Source of the DNA: an uncultured Clostridia bacterium
GTDB taxonomy: Bacteria; Bacillota; Clostridia; Christensenellales; CASEPJ01
Direction of reading: 5' to 3'
DNA: 32,571 bases
NCBI GenBank assembly: GCA_949289715.1
Contig: CASEPJ010000155.1
Location: 1 to 32,571 of the forward strand
The notes beneath the pieces were generated by a model. It did not search any database, was not told the origin of the DNA, and saw nothing but the letters and a program-made list of their open reading frames with translations. The position numbers and the translations under genes are program-made. Positions 1 through 7,975 of this stretch are shown piece after piece; within the stretch, counting starts at the first letter, position 1; each line of letters opens with the position of its first letter.

Positions 1-35
1 AAGGGAGATTTTTATTTTTTTTAAAATATGTTTAT

Positions 36-554
36 ATGATTTCTATATACAATAAAAACTATACCGATAAAGAAAAAAAAATATATTTAAAAATGCACCG
101 CAACTACATTATTTTACTTTGCATTTTCATTATTACCAACGTTGCGAGTTTTGTAATGTCATTATTTCAGTCTTTCAGAGATTATAGGTATATATTTGAA
201 ATTTACAATATATTGACATCGTTAGCTTTCGGGTTTTTCTCTCTGCCTTTTTTGGATATCAAACACAAACAAAGTAAAATATATTATACTTTTTTGTGCG
301 ATAAAGATGAAGGTTTAAAAGAGGATTTTGTTTGTATATTTAATGACTTTAAAGAAGAAAAAGTAACGAAAAACGGTGTTAAATGTAAAGTTTTCATAGT
401 AAATATTTTTAACGAAGTAAAACAGAGAAACTACGAAAGAGAAGTATATGTAGACGATTTATTTGATTTTCCTCCTTTTATAAAGGGGCAAACGCTAAAT
501 CTTGTTACTTATGCAAATATTTTATTGGAATATGAAATTATATATAATCCTTAA
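36..554 (+). CDS. hypothetical small membrane protein (two predicted TM helices plus soluble C-terminal half)
   Basis: 172-aa ORF. Hydrophobic segments IILLCIFIITNVASFVMSLF and ILTSLAFGFFSLPFL. No family motif recognised. No Shine-Dalgarno; TAAAAT lies 8 nt upstream of the ATG. Confidence 0.45.
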   Translation: MISIYNKNYTDKEKKIYLKMHRNYIILLCIFIITNVASFVMSLFQSFRDYRYIFEIYNILTSLAFGFFSLPFLDIKHKQSKIYYTFLCDKDEGLKEDFVCIFNDFKEEKVTKNGVKCKVFIVNIFNEVKQRNYEREVYVDDLFDFPPFIKGQTLNLVTYANILLEYEIIYNP

Positions 555-736
555 ACGATTATAAATAATTGTTAAATCGGTTTAATTAGTTTTATGATTT
601 ATGCATAGTCAAATAAATAAATCATCCGCAGTCGGAAATATAATTTATATTGTTGTTATGTATAAATTAGAGATTGTTAAATAAAAGTTTGTGAATATTA
701 AAGGCAAAGAATCCGACAAAAATTAAGGAGTAAAAA

Positions 737-1006
737 ATGAAAGCGATAGTCAGTGTAATAGGTAAAGACAGAAAAGGCATAATAGCAAAAATCAGTACTA
801 TTTTAGCGGCACATAATATTAATGTGGAAGATATAAGTCAAACGCTACTTCAAGAATATTTTACTATGATAATGTTGGTAGATATATCGCAAAGCACTTT
901 AAAAATAGGTGAATTAAAAGAATTGTTAAAAGCGGAAGGCGAAAAAATAGGAATGAGCATCAATATTCAACACCAGGAAATTTTTGACGTAATGCATAAA
1001 ATCTGA
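737..1006 (+). CDS. ACT domain-containing protein (UPF0237 family)
   Basis: 89 aa. N-terminus MKAIVSVIGKDRKGIIAKIS..L....NI.D.SQ is typical of a stand-alone ACT domain. Strong RBS AAGGAG. Sits immediately upstream of a UPF0210 gene, the usual partner. Confidence 0.8.
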   Translation: MKAIVSVIGKDRKGIIAKISTILAAHNINVEDISQTLLQEYFTMIMLVDISQSTLKIGELKELLKAEGEKIGMSINIQHQEIFDVMHKI

Positions 1007-1021
1007 TAAAGGAAACGAAAT

Positions 1022-2371
1022 ATGATTAACAGTAGCGAAATTATGGAAACGCTGGAGATGATAGACAGCCAGCATTTGGACGTAAGAACAATAACCATGG
1101 GTATATCCCTTTTGGACTGTATATGCGAAGACCCAAACAAAACGGCAGAAAAAGTATATGAAAAAGTAGTTAAAAAAGCGGGTAAACTTGTTGAAACGGG
1201 CTGCGAACTGGAAGAAGAATTCGGCGTTCCCATAGTAAATAAAAGAGTTTCCGTAACGCCCGTTAGTCTGATTACCGCCGGCAACGGAGGGTATTTGCAG
1301 GTCATCAAAGCTTTGGACGCAGCGGCAAAAGAAATAAAAGTAGATTTTATAGGAGGTTATTCCGCTCTTGTGCATAAAGGAATGTCGGCAGCGGAAAGAG
1401 CCTTTATAGAAAGTATTCCCGAGGCACTTTCAACGACGGAAAAAATATGTTCTTCAGTAAATGTGGCAACCACTAAAGCGGGAATGAATATGGATGCCGT
1501 TGCCCTTATGGGAAAAACAATAAAAGAGTGTGCTAAAAAAACAGCCTCGAGCGACGGAATCGCCTGTGCAAAACTAGTAGTTTTTGCCAATGCCGTGGAA
1601 GATAATCCCTTTATGGCAGGGGCTTTTCACGGAACGGGAGAAGCGGAAACGGTAATTAACGTAGGCGTTTCGGGGCCGGGTGTAGTCAAAGCCGCACTCG
1701 AAAGCGTTAAAGGCGATTTAACCGAAGTTGCCGAAACAATTAAAAAAACCGCTTTTAAAATTACCAGAGTCGGGCAGCTTGTGGCAAGGGAAGCTTCTTT
1801 AAGACTTAATGCATCTTTTGGGATAATAGACTTATCTCTTGCTCCCACTCCCGTTAAAGGGGACAGCGTTGCGAGAATTTTGGAAGAAATCGGCTTAGAG
1901 AGCGTAGGTTCTTGCGGAACCACCGCAACCCTTGCTTTGTTAAACGACGCCGTAAAAAAAGGCGGAATTATGGCTAGTTCTCATACCGGCGGTTTAAGCG
2001 GCGCATTTATTCCCGTTTCGGAAGACGAAGGTATGATTTCCGCAGCAGGTGCCGGCAGACTTACTTTCGATAAATTAGAGGCTATGACATCGGTATGCTC
2101 GGTGGGGTTAGATATGATTGCCATTCCCGGGGATACAAAAGCCGAAGTTATTTCTGCTATAATTGCGGACGAATGTGCTATAGGTATGGTCAATAACAAA
2201 ACAACAGCCGTAAGAGTTATACCCGCACCGGGGAAAAAAGTGGGGGACAGTGTATGTTTCGGCGGTCTTTTGGGAGAAGCGCCCGTTATACCGGTAAGCA
2301 CTTTAAGTCCCTTGAAATTTATTTCGAGAGGAGGCAGAATTCCTGCGCCGTTACATTCACAAAGAAATTAA
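1022..2371 (+). CDS. UPF0210/DUF711 family protein (PFL-like, function unknown)
   Basis: 449 aa. N-terminus ...[25 protein letters not shown] and the Gly/Ala-rich body match the conserved UPF0210 family. 15-nt gap from the ACT gene. Confidence 0.8.
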   Translation: MINSSEIMETLEMIDSQHLDVRTITMGISLLDCICEDPNKTAEKVYEKVVKKAGKLVETGCELEEEFGVPIVNKRVSVTPVSLITAGNGGYLQVIKALDAAAKEIKVDFIGGYSALVHKGMSAAERAFIESIPEALSTTEKICSSVNVATTKAGMNMDAVALMGKTIKECAKKTASSDGIACAKLVVFANAVEDNPFMAGAFHGTGEAETVINVGVSGPGVVKAALESVKGDLTEVAETIKKTAFKITRVGQLVAREASLRLNASFGIIDLSLAPTPVKGDSVARILEEIGLESVGSCGTTATLALLNDAVKKGGIMASSHTGGLSGAFIPVSEDEGMISAAGAGRLTFDKLEAMTSVCSVGLDMIAIPGDTKAEVISAIIADECAIGMVNNKTTAVRVIPAPGKKVGDSVCFGGLLGEAPVIPVSTLSPLKFISRGGRIPAPLHSQRN

Positions 2372-2381
2372 TCGATTAATT
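2366..2381. repeat. perfect 16-bp palindrome AATTAATCGATTAATT overlapping the UPF0210 stop codon
   Basis: Read directly: the sequence equals its own reverse complement and is centred on CG at 2373/2374. Shorter AATCGATT-core palindromes recur at 2578-2587 and 2636-2643 in the same spacer. Confidence 0.9.
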
Positions 2382-2710
2382 ATAAATATTTTAATTTGTT
2401 TTTTGTTTCAATGAACAATTAGACTGCTTATTAAATTGAAGTAAAATAGTTTGAAGTAAATTGGCCGATAATTAAAAATTGAACTGTTATAAATCGGCAG
2501 CCGTAAAAACATTTATAAATAATTTTCGATTATAATTAAGTAATACATTCAAAAAAATTACAGATAATAATTTTTATAATCGATTAAGCGTTAATTATTG
2601 TATTAAATTTTGTAAAAGTTTATTTCATTTTTAAAATCGATTGCAGTAAATAAATTTTTGTTTTTTATTTGTTGCCAAATTGGTAAATAAAGTATTTAAT
2701 AGGTGATGAT

Positions 2711-4492
2711 ATGGCAGAACTTAAAAAAAGAGAAGATATAGAAGAAAAATTCAAGTGGGATACTTCTTCCCTTTATAAAGACGATGAAGCTTGGGAAAAA
2801 GAATTCGAAGAACTTGCAAAAGACAAAGATTTTTTAAATAACTATAAAGGTAAATTGGACGATAAAAAGATTCTGCTGGAGGCTTTGAAAAAAAACGACG
2901 ATTATATGCAGAAAATAGAAAGGCTGATTATTTATGCGCATATGAAAAAGGATGAAGATACTTCAAATTCGAAATATCAGTCAATGTATAATAAAATAGA
3001 AAATCTTTATATGAATTTTTCCGCATCGTCAAGCTTTTTTTTACCCGAACTTACAAAAAAAAGCGAAAAGGAATTAAAAATAATTTCAGAATTACCCGAA
3101 TTTGCCGATTACGATTATTATTTTAAAACTCTTATCAGACAAAAAAAATATATATTAAGCGAAAAAGAGGAAAAAATATTGGCATTGAGTGCGGAAACTG
3201 CATCCGGTTATCACAATGCTTTCGAAGTGTTCGACAATGTAGAATTGCCTTTGCCAAAAATAAAAAACGAAAAGGGAGAAAGCGAAAAACTTTCGCACGC
3301 ACGTTACAGCTCTTTCCTTATGGGAAAAAACAGGGAAGTAAGACGGGCGGCATTTAAAGGAATGTTTAACGCATATAAAAAAATGCTTAATACCGTTACA
3401 GCTATTTATACCGGTAATGTTAAAAAGGATGTTTTTTATACAAGGGCAAGAGGATATAAAAGCTGTTTGAATAAAGCTCTATATAACGAAGATGTGGAAG
3501 AAAGCGTTTATTCCAATCTGCTCGATGCTGTCAATAAAGGATTGCCCGTTTTACACCGTTATATGGCTTGGAGAAAAAAAGAGCTGCATTTAGACAAATT
3601 GCATATGTATGATTTGCATACTCCCGTATGTGAAGATTATAAATTGGAGCTGCCTTATAACGAGGCGTGCAGTTTGGTTAAGGAAGCGCTATCCGTTTTA
3701 GGCAACGATTATGTAAAGCTGTTAGACAAGGCGTTTAACGAAAAATGGATAGACGTATATGAGAATAAAGGCAAAAGAAGCGGGGCGTATTCAACTTCTG
3801 CTTATTTGGCGCATCCGTATGTTTTATTGAATTACGAAAAAACCACGCACGACGTATTTACTATAGCGCATGAATTGGGTCACGCAATGCACAGCTATTA
3901 TTCCGCAAAATATCAACCTTATGCAAAAGCGGACTATACTATTTTCGTTGCGGAAGTGGCAAGTACGGTAAACGAAGTTTTATTGCTTAAATATTTATTG
4001 GAAAAGGAAAATTCGAAAAAAGCTAAAAAGTTTTTTCTTACTTATTTTCTGGATATGTTCAGAACAACTCTGTTCAGACAGACAATGTTTGCCGAATTCG
4101 AATTGGAAGCTCACACCATGCAGGAAAACGGCGTGCCTTTGACAAAAGAAAATTTATGTAAATATTATTACGGATTAAACAAAAAATACTACGGCAAAGA
4201 CGTTTTCCATGATAAAGAAATTCAATACGAATGGGCGAGAATACCTCATTTTTATACGGCATTTTATGTCTATAAATATGCAACCGGGTTGACAAGTGCC
4301 GTAACTATAGCCGAAAAAATTTTAAAGGACGAAAAAGCCGTTGAAAATTACAAAAAATTTCTTTCTTCCGGGTCAATGACTTCCCCTGTGGAACTTTTGA
4401 AAATTGCCGGTGCAGATTTAAGTAAAGTCGAAACGTTCGATAACGCCATAAAGGTTTTTGAAGATACGTTTACAGAATTACAAAATTTATAA
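2711..4492 (+). CDS. pepF: oligoendopeptidase F (M3B metallopeptidase)
   Basis: 593 aa. Zinc motif HELGHAMH. Length and overall sequence are typical of PepF. RBS AGGTGA. Confidence 0.9.
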   Translation: MAELKKREDIEEKFKWDTSSLYKDDEAWEKEFEELAKDKDFLNNYKGKLDDKKILLEALKKNDDYMQKIERLIIYAHMKKDEDTSNSKYQSMYNKIENLYMNFSASSSFFLPELTKKSEKELKIISELPEFADYDYYFKTLIRQKKYILSEKEEKILALSAETASGYHNAFEVFDNVELPLPKIKNEKGESEKLSHARYSSFLMGKNREVRRAAFKGMFNAYKKMLNTVTAIYTGNVKKDVFYTRARGYKSCLNKALYNEDVEESVYSNLLDAVNKGLPVLHRYMAWRKKELHLDKLHMYDLHTPVCEDYKLELPYNEACSLVKEALSVLGNDYVKLLDKAFNEKWIDVYENKGKRSGAYSTSAYLAHPYVLLNYEKTTHDVFTIAHELGHAMHSYYSAKYQPYAKADYTIFVAEVASTVNEVLLLKYLLEKENSKKAKKFFLTYFLDMFRTTLFRQTMFAEFELEAHTMQENGVPLTKENLCKYYYGLNKKYYGKDVFHDKEIQYEWARIPHFYTAFYVYKYATGLTSAVTIAEKILKDEKAVENYKKFLSSGSMTSPVELLKIAGADLSKVETFDNAIKVFEDTFTELQNL

Positions 4493-4581
4493 TGTAATTA
4501 AATTTAATTAAAAAATAATTTAAGCAAATAGTATAATTATATTTAAGTATATTTTATTAAAGTTATAATGGAGTAAAAAGT

Positions 4582-5913
4582 ATGAATAAAAGGCGTATAT
4601 CTGTTTTTGTGACATGTTTATTGATAATATTGTTAGTAAGCACTTTTGCGCTATCCGGATTTGCTTTTGCCGCTACATCGAACTATTCGGCATATGAAAA
4701 CGATACAAAAATAACGTGGGGGCAATATCCCGATCTTGATAAAATCAACGTTTTTTATCGAGCATATACGGATAATATAAATGTTTATTATGAATTTAGC
4801 GTTCAATATAATTATAATGATAATATGCTGTTGGCAACGATGTCGAAAGATATATTTTTCGAAAATTTAAAAACTTGTTTTGTCGCTAACGGATTTTCTA
4901 TAAAATACTCGAAAAACGTTGGATCAAACGAGTTTATTGCACGGCAAAGCATAACTATGGAAGAATATAACAGCTTAGCCGGCGATGAAGATGACAGCGT
5001 AGTGGAACAAAAGGTATATCAGGGTTTTTTAACTTATAGCGTATATATTACACAGAATATAGATTTATCCTCTTTTAAACAAATGGTTTTTTTCGACTAT
5101 ATAGATAGATATGTAAACCCGGAATATTTTTCTTTCTATGCCGGTATGCAAATTGACGGAAAAGTAGATCAAACCAATGCATCTTTTGCTCTTGAGTATT
5201 TAACCGGAGAAACCTTTTATTTTTATAAATTAGATTCGAATACATTTTCCAATACTATTTATTTAGAACAGTCGGCTGTTAATCCTTCGGGAGTTATAAT
5301 TATAATTATTTTAATTTCTTTTGCAGTTGTTGGAATAATGTCTATTATATATGTAAGTTATAAAAAGAATAATGATTCTAAGAAGGTGGAAAGCAATACT
5401 ACATCAACCAAAAAGAATTATAATTATCCGCCCTATAATATAGGAGCACCGAATTATCCTTTCGGAAAAGAATATGAAAATCCGATTAATTTAAATTACT
5501 TTGATAATAACGGTATGCCGAATTATACAAACAATCAAAATAACGGTTATAATCCGTATATCCCAAACAATCGAAATAACGGTTATAATCCGTATATCCC
5601 AAACAATCAAAATAACGGTTACAACCCGTATAACGTAAATAATCAGAATAACGGCTATAACCCGTATAACTTAAATAATCAGAATAACGGCTATAACCCA
5701 TATAACGTAAATAATCAGAATAACGGTTACAACCCGTATTATACAAACAGTCGCAATGATTTTTCTTCTTCATCCGATAAACCCGAAAAAGCGGAAACAG
5801 TCAGAGAGGACACCTCTTCGGATGAAAAAAATACTGTTATAAATGACGTCAAAGACGAAAATATAAAAAATTCGGATCCCTCAATACAAGGTGACCAAAA
5901 GACGGATGATTGA
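4582..5913 (+). CDS. type I membrane protein of unknown function with Asn-rich tandem-repeat tail
   Basis: 443 aa. N-terminal signal-like segment ending AFA/AT, an ectodomain of about 205 aa and a TM helix GVIIIIILISFAVVGIMSIIYVSY followed by KKNNDSKK (positive-inside). Then NN(Q/R)NNGYNPYxx repeats and an acidic Ser/Asp/Glu tail. Confidence 0.7.
   Translation: MNKRRISVFVTCLLIILLVSTFALSGFAFAATSNYSAYENDTKITWGQYPDLDKINVFYRAYTDNINVYYEFSVQYNYNDNMLLATMSKDIFFENLKTCFVANGFSIKYSKNVGSNEFIARQSITMEEYNSLAGDEDDSVVEQKVYQGFLTYSVYITQNIDLSSFKQMVFFDYIDRYVNPEYFSFYAGMQIDGKVDQTNASFALEYLTGETFYFYKLDSNTFSNTIYLEQSAVNPSGVIIIIILISFAVVGIMSIIYVSYKKNNDSKKVESNTTSTKKNYNYPPYNIGAPNYPFGKEYENPINLNYFDNNGMPNYTNNQNNGYNPYIPNNRNNGYNPYIPNNQNNGYNPYNVNNQNNGYNPYNLNNQNNGYNPYNVNNQNNGYNPYYTNSRNDFSSSSDKPEKAETVREDTSSDEKNTVINDVKDENIKNSDPSIQGDQKTDD
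5530..5745 (+). repeat. six tandem in-frame 36-nt repeats (12-aa unit NN[Q/R]NNGYNPY-x-x), preceded by a degenerate unit at 5494-5529
   Basis: Unit boundaries read directly at 5530, 5566, 5602, 5638, 5674 and 5710. Units 1/2 differ by 1 nt and units 4/5 by 2 nt. Confidence 0.92.
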
Positions 5914-5974
5914 TTCGGATAATTGATTCGGAAAAATAATCTTATATCGGCAACAAAATAATTCGGAGGCATTT

Positions 5975-7510
5975 ATGGAAAAAACATCGGCAAGAATTGT
6001 GCCGCATAATCAGGAAGCGGAAATCAGCATTTTAAGCTGTGTGCTTATTAGCGAAGCTGCAAGTTCAGCAATAATAGAAACTTTAAAAACAGAAGATTTT
6101 TACTCTCAGGTTAACCGAGTTATTTTTAATGCAATGAGGGATTTATATAATCAAGGCAAGGCCATAGATTTTGTTACAGTTACCGATTTGCTGGAAAAAC
6201 GTAATCAGATTGCCGAGGCGGGCGGATTAGAATATATAATGAATTTGACCAATGCCGTGCCGTCGGCGGCAAACTATAAAAGTTATGCGGACATAATAAA
6301 ATCGGATGCGATTAAGCGCATATTGATAGATCGTTCCACGAGTATTGTCGAGAAAGCATACGGAGAGGAAAACGGTGCAGATTGTCTTGCCTATGCTGAA
6401 AGCGAACTTGTAGGTATTTCCAAAGAAATAGATAAAAAAGACCTCATCTCTGCCAGCGTAGTCGGAGAAGAAGTAGTAAAACAGCTTCAGGATATGTGTA
6501 AAAACGAAGGCAAGGCCGACGTTGTGGAAATCCCGTTCCCCGAGTTAAATAAAGTTTTGCACGGGCTGCATCGTTCGGATTTGATTATTCTTGCGGCAAG
6601 GCCTTCGGTAGGTAAAACGGCGTTTGCTTTAAATATTGCACAATATGCGGCAATAGAAGGCAAAAAAGTTGCATTGTTCAGTCTTGAAATGCCAAAAGAA
6701 CAGCTATATACGAGAATGTTATCTTCGCTATCCGGGGTAAAAATGGAAAAATTGAGGGAAAATTCCACAGCCGGACAACCTACGGTGGAAGAGTGGCAAA
6801 AGATTTGGTCGGCGCATAAAAAACTTTCCGATTCGAAAATGTATATAGACGATTCGGGTATGGTTACATATGCTAACGTATTATCCAGATGCCGCCGTTT
6901 AAAAAAAGAATTAGGCGGGTTGGATCTAATTACCATCGATTATCTTCAGCTTATGGATAACGTAAACAAGAGAAAAAACGACAGCCGTCAAAACGATATT
7001 TCGGAAATTTCCAGAAATTTAAAAATTATAGCAAGAGAATTGAACGTTCCCTTGATTGCGCTTAGTCAGCTGTCCCGTTCGGTGGAAGGCCGAGCAGAAA
7101 AAAAGCCAAGACTTTCCGATTTGAGGGAGTCGGGAGCTATAGAACAAGATGCCGATATTGTTATGTTTTTATATAGACCGGACCTCGACGAAAATAATAA
7201 CGAAGACCGCAGTAAAGTCGAACTTACCGTTCAAAAGCATAGGAACGGCGAATTATGCGACATACCGTTGCAGTGGTTGGGAGAAACCGTTACTTTTAAA
7301 GAAATGCCCTCACTGGAAGCAATGTATTTGGAAGAAGAAAGAAAAAAGAAAAACGCAGCTAAAAGAATGAGGAAAATTCAAAACGAGCAGGATAAAGAAC
7401 AAATTTCTCAACAAGATTTACCCTTTGAGGCGGACGAAAACGTATCTTATATCAATCCCTCAAATTTAGACATACCTAAAAAAGCAGACAACGGAGAACT
7501 TGAATACTGA
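5975..7510 (+). CDS. dnaB: replicative DNA helicase DnaB with C-terminal extension of about 65 aa
   Basis: 511 aa. N-terminus PHNQEAEISILSCVL, Walker A ARPSVGKTAFALN, Walker B LITIDYLQLM, also LSQLSR and ESGAIEQDAD. The tail from about aa 445 is Lys/Glu-rich then acidic. Confidence 0.92.
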   Translation: MEKTSARIVPHNQEAEISILSCVLISEAASSAIIETLKTEDFYSQVNRVIFNAMRDLYNQGKAIDFVTVTDLLEKRNQIAEAGGLEYIMNLTNAVPSAANYKSYADIIKSDAIKRILIDRSTSIVEKAYGEENGADCLAYAESELVGISKEIDKKDLISASVVGEEVVKQLQDMCKNEGKADVVEIPFPELNKVLHGLHRSDLIILAARPSVGKTAFALNIAQYAAIEGKKVALFSLEMPKEQLYTRMLSSLSGVKMEKLRENSTAGQPTVEEWQKIWSAHKKLSDSKMYIDDSGMVTYANVLSRCRRLKKELGGLDLITIDYLQLMDNVNKRKNDSRQNDISEISRNLKIIARELNVPLIALSQLSRSVEGRAEKKPRLSDLRESGAIEQDADIVMFLYRPDLDENNNEDRSKVELTVQKHRNGELCDIPLQWLGETVTFKEMPSLEAMYLEEERKKKNAAKRMRKIQNEQDKEQISQQDLPFEADENVSYINPSNLDIPKKADNGELEY

Positions 7511-7860
7511 TGATTGAAGTTAAATATATTGACATAAACGACGATATAAAAAAATATTACGACAATATAAAAAAAAACCCGAAATTTACAAGAATTTGTT
7601 ATGGTTTGGAAAGCGGCAAAATAATGGGGGCGGCATCGTTTAATATAGTAAAAGGTACGCTTTACATAAGCGGACTTTATTCAACGGATATATCCGTTTC
7701 CGACTTGATTTTAAGGGCAATGCTTTATAGAGCGCAATTTTTTAGCGCCGCAAAGAATTGTGAAATAGAGGATGTCGATTTACCTGAAGATATGTTGGTA
7801 AAATTAAATATAAGAGACGGAAAAGTAAAAATAAACGAAGTTAATTTTAATTGCCATTAA
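7510..7860 (+). CDS. hypothetical protein, translationally coupled to dnaB
   Basis: 116-aa ORF. Its ATG overlaps the dnaB TGA by 1 nt (TGATG). No family motif recognised. Confidence 0.5.
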   Translation: MIEVKYIDINDDIKKYYDNIKKNPKFTRICYGLESGKIMGAASFNIVKGTLYISGLYSTDISVSDLILRAMLYRAQFFSAAKNCEIEDVDLPEDMLVKLNIRDGKVKINEVNFNCH

Positions 7861-7975
7861 ATTTATAGATAAAAAATTTCCGATAATTATAAATGCTATA
7901 AAAGACATGGAATGAAAAATTATAATTAGAATTCAGAATAACAAACAATTTTTACATACAGACAAAGGAGAATAT

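Noticed and set aside
926-2301. Minus-strand ORFs inside the ACT/UPF0210 genes (926-1375, 967-1308, 1357-1590, 1627-1923, 1981-2301).
   Set aside because: They lie fully inside well-supported + strand genes and have low-complexity, biased translations with no RBS. These are typical antisense shadow ORFs. The same applies to the other minus-strand ORFs in the track, e.g. 4074-4295, 6487-6936, 8752-9114, 12537-12764, 13909-14190, 15992-16243, 16412-16699, 17270-17723, 20342-20617, 22683-23498, 24858-25449 and 29422-31371.
4495-4510. Perfect 16-nt palindrome TAATTAAATTTAATTA 3 nt after the pepF stop, as a possible terminator.
   Set aside because: The stem is A/T only, with no loop to speak of and no following T-tract. 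Such palindromes are common by chance in DNA this AT-rich.
5530-5745. Possible CRISPR array, given the regular 36-nt period.
   Set aside because: The units are contiguous with no unique spacers and are in frame within a long ORF. They have no palindromic repeat core, and no cas genes are present.
5486-5773. 95-aa minus-strand ORF with its own repeats (RYSDYLRY...).
   Set aside because: It is the reverse-complement reading of the 36-nt tandem repeats in the + strand gene, so it is an artefact of the repeat.
7149-7370. Same-strand out-of-frame ORFs inside genes (7149-7370, 16658-16873, 27607-27795, 27940-28131, 30632-30829).
   Set aside because: They are embedded in alternative frames of strongly supported CDSs, with Arg/Cys/Lys-biased nonsense translations and no RBS.
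7861-7975. T-box leader upstream of glnS.
   Set aside because: The spacer is only 115 nt. It has no T-box consensus (AGGGUGGNACCGCG-like) and no specifier or terminator architecture.
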